Shown: positions 54,258 through 64,000 of the stretch, one piece after another
How positions within the stretch are numbered: the stretch's first letter is position 1
Layout: each line of letters starts with the position of its first letter
Assembly (NCBI GenBank): GCA_009914755.4
Contig: CP068257.2
Span: 13,184,001 to 13,248,000, forward strand
From: the human T2T-CHM13v2.0 reference genome, Homo sapiens
DNA length: 64,000 bases
Direction: 5' to 3'
Made by a program: the position numbers and the translations under genes
Notes under the pieces: model-generated
The model's database searches: none
Seen by the model: only the letters and a program-made list of their open reading frames with translations
Told to the model about the DNA's origin: nothing

Positions 54258-55960
54258 AAGAAGAAGAAGAATTTGCAATTTGCTCCTCCTCTCTCGATTT
54301 GAGTTCCAGCTGGAATTTGAAAAAAAAATTATGGGTTCATAGGTTTGTTCGTGCTAAAAGGAATTTTAGGCACCATCTCATCGTGTCCCTACATCTTACA
54401 GATCTAGAAGCACTTGGGAAAAGTCTGGCAAATGCATAGTCTATGGCAGTTACCAGTGTAGCTAGATGGTTCTGGGCCACATCAGCATGGGAAGGCCAAT
54501 GAAATCACATAAACCTTAGCACCCAGATCTTCCAGGAATTGGGCCCTTCTTAAGGTCTTCTGTACTTCCAGGAAGTCTCAAGAGGAAAGCTCATGTGTAC
54601 TCAGAAATAAGCCCTGGCCTCTTTGTCCCTGGCCTCTTCCTCAAAGACCCCCTCACCAAGTCCCTGGTCTGGGTCCCTCTCTGAGAATAGTCCACCCTGA
54701 GTACCACTATCCTCTGTGGTCAGCTCTAGAGCTCCAAGGCTGAGGACACTAGTCCTCCTACAGGGGTGGAAGAGATAAGGGAGTGGGAGGAAGGGAAGGG
54801 AGGTGGAGAAAGAAAGGTATTGAAAAGCATAGGAAGAAAGCAGTCTTCCTCCAGCTTTCAAGCAGCACTTTGTTACTGGTGGGTCAGACATAACTTGGTG
54901 TTTTCGAATTTGGCTCTAAAATTAGGTCCAGATTTCAAATTTGTCCCTGCTACTTAGCATCTTTTTGATTTTTAGCAACATAGAAAACCTTTCTGAACTT
55001 GAATTTTTACTTTTTCCCTTCTTTAATATAATGGAAATGATAATTCTGTCCTCATAAAATTATTGTTAGCATTAAATGGAATACTGTATTGTTATACCAG
55101 TGACTGAGCAGAGTGCCAGAAGTTAGTAAGCACTCAACAAATGATATGGATATTATTATTTTCGTCTCCATTGTTCTCATCACTACTAGTTTAATTGTTC
55201 ATTGACATAGCTCCTTCAGCTTCTGCTCCTAACCCTGCTCTCAATTGTTTTCAATGGGAGTAACTCAGGCCAGCTGGAAGAAATCAATGCCTCCCCAACC
55301 TCTTTGTTTCCTACCCCCATTTCCAGATACCTGTATATAAAACTTCTTTTTTTCTCCGTTTCTTCACAAGACAGTTTGGGAACCAATTGGTACAAAGAGT
55401 TCCTTACAAAGCCATTTTTAACTCCATTAGCGGGTCAGCTAGGACATCCCAGCTGCTTTACTAGTAAAGTCCATCTGTCCTTCTGAAATAATGGCAGATG
55501 TAATTGCCACTTTTCATTACAGGAAAACAACAAATACACATTTTGGTAGCTTGATTTCCCCCAAAGGAGCTCTTGCCTTTCCAGTAATAGAGTTCTAGCT
55601 AGACACACGGTTGGCCGAAGACAATCCTTCCCACCTTCAACCATGCAGATGAGAGCAATACCCCAAAACTGAGCAGAGCAAGATGATGAAAAGAACCCCA
55701 AGCCAAAATAACTTTGTAATTATCCATCCAGTAACTCTGATAGGTCTGGACTGTTTCAACAACTATATTTAGACCTCTGTGTTCACCCTATAGCCTAAAT
55801 ACCAGGTGGTGTCGTTTCTAAACACTGCAAAGAGAAAGTTTTGTTTAGACATCAATGCAACCCCCAAAGACAATATTTAATTAAAATATTAATACTGGTC
55901 ATATGCCCACAAAGTAGCTGGGAAAGCAAGCACCCTTTCATTCCCAATATAGAAGCCTCA

Positions 55961-56270
<310 letters not shown>

Positions 56271-56334
56271 GAAGCCTCAAAGTTGGTATTGGAAAAGATT
56301 TCAAAGTTTCTAACACAGACAAATATTAAACATT

Positions 56335-56690
56335 CATGGTCACTGTTATGAACTGAATGCTTGTATCCCTCCAAAATTCATATGTTGAAACCCTAACTCC
56401 CAATTTTATGGCATTAGGAGGTGAGGGCAGAGCTACTATGATGGGAGTAATGACCTTATAAGAAGAGGAGACATCAGAGTTTGCTCTCTCTGCCACGTAA
56501 AAATGCAACAAGAAGACAGCCTTCTGCAAACCAGGAAGAGGGCCCTCATCAAGAACCAAATCTGTTGGCACCTTGACCTAGCACTTCATAGCCTCCAGAA
56601 CTATGAGAAATGAATGTCTGTTGTTTAAGCCAAACAGTCTATGTATTTTATTATAGCAGCGTGAGCTGACTAATATAGTCATCCTTAGCA
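56335..56690 (+). mobile_element. MLT1/MST-type MaLR LTR
   Basis: gaactgaatgcttgtatccctccaaaattcatatgttgaaaccctaactcccaattttatggcattaggaggtgagg...cttcatagcctccagaactatgagaaatgaatgtctgttgtttaagccaaacagtctatgtattttattatagcagcgtgagctgactaatat. Confidence 0.7.
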
Positions 56691-58467
56691 TCTAAACCTT
56701 CTATTAACTGAAGAAAGAAAAACCAACTCAAGGCAGGGAAACTTTATGCTTTATATAGACGGCAACTTTAAAGAGCAATTGTTTAAGTTACATTTTAATT
56801 GCAAATGGATGTATTCTAATTCATTCTCTGAGCAAATTATGGGTCTTCACATCAGATAAAGAAGCTCTATATGGAAAGAGGTAGAGAAAGTGCCCCAAAA
56901 CTTATTGGCCTCGTAGTCCCAACCACAGGCAAGAGAAATTATTAGCTCAGCTTTGGGGCAAGATTAGACAGCCCCACCTCAGTTCAGGTCACCTCCAATC
57001 TGATTTCCTAAGAAAGCTCACAGTATGCTAAGAACCTAGTCACACATCCAAGCCAATTTTGGGATTAGCCTAGACCTGTAGTCCAGACTGATAGCCTCGA
57101 TTTTATATTTTTGATGATATAGACGGTCAAATATACATAATTATTTTTTTATTATATTATATAACGTAATTATGTATACTTGACTATGTACATTTTATGA
57201 AATCAGAATCCATGGATTGTCCCCATAATGATTGTCCCTCCAGGGAATAAGTTTTAAGATTCAGATTAATCCATTTGGGGCATCTAAAAACGCTCAACAC
57301 CCTATTCTTTCACTCTACCCATGCTGGAATAAGACCAACTTCAAGATTCAGGACACATGGCTCCATGTAACCAGAGATCCCATGCCAAGGGACAGTAGGC
57401 AAAAATAGACACAGGTGGATATGTATGACTTCTTTCCATGAGCTTCCAGGCCTCCAAGGGACAAAATTCTTGATTTGGTGCCAAAATGTTCTATTTGTCT
57501 TATTAGAAAAAATTACTCAGTAAGGTGATATACCCCAGGAGGAGAGAACTGTTCTCACATTATCCAAATAATTATTTAAGTCTATACATTTTCACTGAGG
57601 GTTTTAATGATGAAATTATTAAGACGTTGTATGAGGTGAGCTGTCTTAGAAAAATTTGCTGCCTATTAATGGCTTTCCCATGCATTATTTTTGCTTTCAT
57701 GTCTTCTAAGTCTAAAAGCTTCTCCCACATTTCTTTAGATCATGGCTTATGTTTGATAATATTGTGAGATACATCTAATCTCCTGTTAACATTTGTATAA
57801 AGTGCATTTCCTATCTCTGCATGACATTGTTCTACCCTCTTTGAAGACATCAGCTTTGTGATAGGTGGCATTTGATATTGTGACTAACCTAACATCTACT
57901 GTACGAAGGGTAATAATACAATACTAACAGTTATTATACACTTATAATGTGCCAGGCACCTTCTAAGCTTATTTTGTTTTATAATTCAGTGTATAATATA
58001 TGTTAATTTTCATAACATCAAGGAATAGATAATTTCTTTATTTCCATTCTATGAACAAGGAAACTGAAATTAAACAACTCCGCCAGTAGCATGCCACTAG
58101 CAGGTCCAACATCCAAATCCAGAGATGATCCAGCATTATGATGCAAAATATACCAATGGCGCTATTCTCACTTAACAGAGACCATTTGGAAAGAAGTAAT
58201 AAAAGGATATGAACTGAACACAGTTACAGAATCACAGACTCCTAAGGCCAAAACGAACTTCAATATCCTCTAGTTTTTCTTGCCCAAAATATCAATCCAA
58301 GAAATTAACTGGTTACTTATTAAAAGTAGACAGCCAGGAAAAAGGAGAACTGAATATTTCAAAACAAATAGTCCAAATGGACAAACAAGCTCTGAACAGA
58401 GCCACTTTTAGAAGGAGGAGAGAGAACGTTAAGGCATTTATGAATAAAAGGCAGACTTCTTTAGAAG

Positions 58468-58690
58468 GAGTCGCCATATTGGCTCACTACAACTCCGCCT
58501 CCCGGGTTCAAGTGATTCTCCTGCTGGGATTACAGGCGCCCCCCACCACGCCCGGCTAGTTTTTGTATTTTTAGTAGAGACGGGGTTTCACCATGTTGGT
58601 CAGGCTGGTCTCAAACTCCTGACCTCGTGATCCGCCCGCCTCAGCCTCCCAAAGTGCTAGGATTACAGGCGTGAGCACGCGCCTGGCCAC
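58468..58690 (-). mobile_element. Alu fragment (antisense, lacking the poly-T head)
   Basis: ggctcactacaactccgcctcccgggttcaagtgattctcctgc...ggtttcaccatgttggtcaggctggtctcaaactcctgacctcgtgatccgcccgcctcagcctcccaaagtgctaggattacaggcgtgagc. Confidence 0.9.
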
Positions 58691-59109
58691 AAAATGCAGA
58701 CTTCTAAAGTAGAAGTCCAGCTTGGCCAGATAATAGACTCACTAGCATATAAACTGCTGGAAGCTAATGTAGGAGGTCAGGAAGGAATGATAAGGTTAGA
58801 GGAACCAAAGCCCAGAGAGGGTTTTTGTTTGGTTCTTTGGCAGCACTTAACTCTAGGAAGTGATGGGGAAATTCTAATTTCTGAGAATGTTTTTCAAAAG
58901 GATGACAGAGATTAGAGCTTCCAGTGAAGAAAATATTGCTGCAATCAAAGAAAGCAAAGTGCAATAAAGCCCTCAGGCCAGACGGAATTTATCTAAGTAT
59001 TCTGGAGAAAATAAGGTGTGAAACAGCAGAGACTGATGAGGACATATACTATGACCATTAAAATAACAGCTGTTCCTGAAGACTGTCCAATTTTTAACAC
59101 AGTATCTAT

Positions 59110-59143
59110 GGTTTTTTTTGTTTTTGTTTTGTTTTGTTTTGTT
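59110..59143. repeat. (GTTTT)n microsatellite
   Basis: ttttttttgtttttgttttgttttgttttgttt. Confidence 0.8.
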
Positions 59144-62100
59144 TAAAGGAAACCAAGAGAAATCCCAAGAATTCAGACAAATGAACTTTGTCTTGGTGCT
59201 CGGATACTGGTTGGGGGAAAAAGTCCGATGATTGTGCCAAGTAGAATCTGAGAATTGAAACTTGACAGGCCCCCATCAACTCTGCAGGAATAGAGATTTT
59301 TACCTCTCCAAGCTTAAAATTGATAATAAGTAATACAGAGATACACCATGCACTTGCCCTTTTAAAAAGTTTGAAAATGAAGAAACAAATGCTTTCTTGG
59401 ATCTGAAACTAGCTAGAGAAATTAGAATCATGTATAGTGTATGCTTAGGCCAAAGAGAAGAGATTAGCTATAGCACTCCTGGAATCTGATGTTGGAATGA
59501 AATGTAATTTCACCTGCATTTTTTAAATAATTAGGGAGTATGTGTGAGTCACAAGCAATTGACTCTCACATGATTGACACTCTGTGGGAGCAAGCAGTGA
59601 AAAAGAAATGGTGAGCACCTGATCCTATGATAATCATCACTAGCATTTATTGAATGGTTACTACGTGGCAGGCACACTGCTTAGTGTTTGACATCCATTA
59701 TCTCAATTATTCTCAGTCTGTGAGTGATGGTATAAACTACTTCAGAAACATCTGCTGTTTCAGAAAGAAAATGCTCTAAGGTGTAGGGCAGATTATCAGC
59801 CAGGGTCACAGTTCAGATGAGTTCCAAAGAAAGCTTATCTAAAATATTCTGATGAAAATGTGGCTTCCATTTAAAACCGAATGGGGGCCAAGAGAATTGT
59901 AAAGGAAACTCGAGGATGCAATCTATTCTCTGCCCCTCAATCCCTGAGCCAGCCAGGGATACTTATTTTCTCCTAAACCTAAAAATAGTCACGCTAACAT
60001 TGGTTTCAGACTCTCAGAATCACCAGCTCTGAGACTACAGAGATCTTCTCACTCTTTCCTATCTCCTGGTCCTTAAACCCGCTTCCTTACCTTGCTTCTG
60101 TGCCTTGCTAATTATAACTGCTTTTTGTTTGTTTGTTTCCTGATTCCTGTGGCTCAATCTGTGTTCCTAGGGCCTTCATCTGTGGTACCCACCTGGGATT
60201 TTAGACTCATGTGGGGGGTCTAAAGCTTTGGCTTAAGTTTAGTCTGAAACTCTCCTAGGCTTTGGTCCACAACCTCCTGCCACCCAACATGGTGCTGACA
60301 GGGAGGACAATCTGTAGCCCATGAAGATTAGAGCTATGCTATTAATCAATGATCTTTCCCAACTAAAATACTTAGTTCAGGGCTCTTCGCACAATGCTCA
60401 AAGTACTTTCTGTTCAATAAAGGCTTGTTGACTGTATTTACAACACATGCTGTACTATGAACTGCATACCAAAGTCCAAATTACAACATATAACCTCTAT
60501 GACAAGAACGAGTAAAAAAATAAAACCACAGCCTTGGAGGGATGCCAGATGATGCTGGACCCATGAAAAACTCCAGAGAGGAAACAAAAGGTACTGAACA
60601 GAAATGGAGTGCACACACCGTAACCTTGTTCTCTCATCTTTTGTGAACTATGACGGGTCACCTTTGCAAAATTATAAGCCTTTTGAGAGTAGGGTACAAT
60701 ACAGCTTCAACGGCAGGGTGCCTACAGTCCCCATCACTCCTCCTGCCACCAGGGAACTTGCAGGAAGGGAGCTTTCCTGTTAGCTTTCCTCCCTGGTAAA
60801 GCACTGACCACAGCCTTGAATGCCACAAAGCCACATTGGGAAAAATATGAAGTTTTGTCCTACCCACATTATATCTGGACAGATAGTTATTTAGAAAAGA
60901 ATCATTCTGCATTTTATGTATTATAACATTGGCTATACAGGATCTCTCTCTCTCATCACCCAAGTCTGGTTCCTTCCTAGTCTACATCTGCCTCTTGCTC
61001 CTCAAAGAGCTTACTTTTCCTCTCGGTTTCTTTAAGCAATAGCTCTCCTTACTATGTGGTGTGATGGTTAATTTTATGTGTCAGATTGGCTAGCCTGTAG
61101 TAACTAGTTATTCAAATATGAATCTAGGTATGGCCATAGAGATATTTTGTAGGTGAGTTTAATATCTATAATCATGGACTAACCTTTTAAAAAATCTATA
61201 ATCAGTTGACTTTAGGTAAAGGACATTATCCTCAACAATGTAGATGAGCCTCATTCAATCAGTTGAAAGGTTTAAGGGCAAAAATAAGTTTCCCTGAGGA
61301 AGAAATTCTGCTTCAAGATTGCAATATCAGCTCCTGCCTAAGAATTTTCAGCCTGCTGGCCTGCCCCGATCCTATAGATTTTGGACTTACCAGCCTCCAC
61401 AATTGCATACTGAAAGAAGTCTCTCTCCATACATAGGCATGCCTTGCTTAACAGAGGCACATTCTGAGAAATGCATCCTAAGGCAATTTCATCATTTTGT
61501 GAACATCATACAGTATACTTACACAAACATAAATGGTATAGCCTGCTACACCCCTGGGCTATATGGTATAGCTTATTGCTTTCAGGCTACAGACCGGTAC
61601 AGCATGTTACTGTATGGAATACTGTAGGCAATTGTAACATGATGGTAAGAATCTGTGTATCTAAGCCTAGAAAAGCTACAGTAAAAATGTGGTATTAAAA
61701 GACAAAAAAAAATTGTACTCCTGTAAAGGGCATTTACCATGAATGGAGCTTACAGAATGAGAAGTTACTTTGGGTGATTCAGTGAGTGAGTAGTGACTGA
61801 ATGTGAAGGCCGAGGATGTTACTGTATACTACTGTAGACTTTATCAACACTGTACACCAAGCTACACTATATTTATTTTTTTAATTCTTCAACAATAAAT
61901 TAATCTTCACTTACTGTAACCTTTTTATTTATAAGCTTTGTTTTTAACTTTTTGGCTATTTTGTAGGAACACTTAGCTTAAAACATAAACTCATTGTGCA
62001 ATTGTACAAAAATTCTTTCTTTATATCCTTATTCTACGAGCCATTTTCTATTTTTAATTTTTTTTTAAATTTTTGAACTTTTTTGTTAAAAACCAAGACA

Positions 62101-62256
62101 AAAACATACACATTAGCCTAGGTCTACACAGGATCAGGATTATCAAGATGTCACTAGACGATAGGAATTTTTTAGCTCCATTTTTACTTATGCAACTACT
62201 GTCATATAAGCGGGCCATCACTGACCAAAAACATGTTTATACAGCACATTAAAGTC

Positions 62257-62350
62257 TATTCATTTACTATCTTGGGGGTAAATTAGTGTTGCTGCTGGAA
62301 CCCTGACAATTTTCAAGTGAGGGAACGTGGAGAAATACAAATATATTTTT
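62257..62350 (+). repeat. Left arm of a ~90-bp inverted repeat flanking the AT-rich minisatellite
   Basis: cattaaagtctattcatttactatcttgggggtaaattagtgttgctgctggaaccctgacaattttcaagtgagggaacgtggagaaatac. Confidence 0.85.
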
Positions 62351-62424
62351 ATATGTTTTACACATAAAATATATAATAATTATACTTTTATTATTATATT
62401 ATATATATTTATCCTAAAATAGAT

Positions 62425-63290
62425 AAATGTTATATACATTTATGTTTTTATACATAAAATAAATATATGTTATATACATTTATGTTTTTATAAATAAAAT
62501 AAATATATGTTATATACATTTGTTTCTATAAAATAAATATGTTATATACATTTATGTTTTTATAAATTAAATATATGTTATATACATTGTGTTTTTATAA
62601 ATAAAATAAATATATGTTACATACTTTTTTTATAAATAAAATAAATATGTTATATACATTTATGTTTTTATAAATAAAATAAATATATGCTATATACATT
62701 TGTTTTTATAAATAAAATAAATGTTATATACATTTATGTTTTTATAAATAAAATAAATATGTGTTATATATTTATGTTTTTATAAAATAAATATGTGTTA
62801 TATATTTGTTTTTATAAATAAAATAAATATGTGTTATATATTCATGTTTTTATAAATAAAATAAATATGTGTTATATATTCATGTTTTTATAAATAAAAT
62901 AAATATGTGTTATACATGTTTTTATAAATAAAATAAATGTGTTATATATTTGTTTTTATAAATAAAATAAATATGTGTTATATATTTATGTTTTTATAAA
63001 ATAAATATGTGTTATATATTTATGTTTTTATAAGTAAAATTAATATGTGTTATATATTTATGTTTTTATAAATAAAATAAATACGTGTTATATATTTATG
63101 TTTTTATAAATAAAATAAATACGTGTTATATATTTATGTTTTTATAAATAAATACGTGTTATATATTTATGTTTTTATAAATAAAATAAATACGTGTTAT
63201 ATATTTATGTTTTTATAAATAAAATAAATATGTGTTATATATTTATGTTTTTATAAATAAAATAAATATATGTTATATATATTTATATAT
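62425..63290. repeat. AT-rich minisatellite, unit ~40 bp (gttatatacatttatgtttttataaataaaataaatatat), about 22 copies of 34-44 bp
   Basis: Direct reading shows the regular unit, for example 62429-62468 and 62469-62508 are near-identical 40-mers. Variants differ by small indels (missing aaataa, tg/ca swaps). Confidence 0.92.
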
Positions 63291-63292
63291 AT

Positions 63293-63378
63293 ATTTCAAT
63301 TTTCTCACTTGTAAATTGTCAGGGTTCCAGCAACAAAAATAATTTACCCTCCAGATTTCAAATGAATAGACTTTAATG
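63293..63378 (-). repeat. Right arm of the inverted repeat (reverse complement of 62257-62350 at about 85% identity)
   Basis: The reverse complement of atttcaattttctcacttgtaaattgtcagggttccagcaacaaaaataatttaccctccagatttcaaatgaatagactttaatg is cattaaagtctattcatttgaaatctggagggtaaatta-tttttgttgctggaaccctgacaattt-acaagtgag. Confidence 0.85.
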
Positions 63379-63766
63379 AAGGAACAATGGATAGAAGAGT
63401 TGGCAGGATTAAGGAAACAAAAAAGGGCAGGTTAGGCACCAGAGACTAGCAACAGAGGGAAGGCATTACCCCTCTAGAGCTGAAAGGGTAAGAGGAAGAA
63501 AGAATTTGCTGAAAGCTGGACCTTGGGTGGAGCCTCCTCACAGGACCTGTGGTCAGAGAGGGACACAGCTATCTCCAGACAGGCGGCACTGAAGCAGTGA
63601 GGGGGCAAGAAAGACTCTGATCTCCCTCTCCTCCTACTCTCCAATTTCTTGTCCAGTGAGTCAGGATTCAATTGGTAGAACCCAAACAGAGTTGGCTAGG
63701 AATAGAGCATGGCAAGGCAGAGAAGAGGAGAGAATGGGTCTTCCAGGGAGCGGGGTGTGGGGAGGG

Positions 63767-64000
63767 GAGCCACTTCGGGAAGCTGAGATGGGAGGATCGC
63801 TTAAGCTAAGAAGTTGGAGACCAGCCTGGGCAACATGGCAAAACCCCATTTCTACAAAAATATTTTATGAAATTAGCTGGGCATGGTGGCACGCACCTGT
63901 AGTCCCAGCTACTTGGGAGGCTAAGGTGGAAGGATCGCTTGAGCCTGTGGGAGGTCGAGGTGCAGTGAGCTGTGACTGCGTCACTGCACTCCAGCCTGAG
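63767..64000 (+). mobile_element. Alu (sense, older subfamily), 5'-truncated and cut by the window end
   Basis: cacttcgggaagctgagatgggaggatcgcttaagc...attagctgggcatggtggcacgcacctgtagtcccagctacttgggaggctaaggtggaaggatcgcttgagcc...cactgcactccagcctgag. Confidence 0.9.

Noticed and set aside
62425-63290. Regularly spaced ~40-bp direct repeats that could be misread as a CRISPR array
   Set aside because: There are no unique spacers: the units are contiguous near-identical AT-rich copies (a minisatellite). The context is primate DNA full of Alu/L1, with no cas genes

Overview
This window is primate (most likely human) nuclear DNA, not prokaryotic. It is AT-rich, lacks dense coding sequence, and is saturated with primate-specific interspersed repeats: at least 14 Alu copies, three L1 3'-end fragments and many ERVL-MaLR (THE1/MST/MLT1-type) LTRs, including one nearly full-length LTR-internal-LTR element. 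The ORF track was clearly built with bacterial start codons (for example 'M' at a TTG codon, 46942). Its long 'proteins' are artefacts: the longest sit inside a GC-rich minisatellite, and the others inside L1 ORF2 or MaLR internal sequence. I find no convincing protein-coding gene, operon-like system, rRNA/tRNA or CRISPR array. Four isolated candidate exons have strong splice signals (+ strand 739-787, 35981-36169 and 46948-47002; - strand 9975-10149); they are hypotheses only. The most unusual structures are: (1) a roughly 730-bp CpG-rich 15/16-bp minisatellite at 12.77-13.50 kb; (2) a roughly 0.9-kb AT-rich 40-bp-period minisatellite bracketed by ~90-bp inverted repeats at 62.26-63.38 kb; (3) an AT-rich hairpin-prone tract split by an Alu at 43.5-44.3 kb; (4) a very young AluY with a perfect target-site duplication; and (5) nested and rearranged MaLR elements. 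Repeat family names come from my memory of consensus sequences. Coordinates are hand-counted and approximate to about +/-5 bp.
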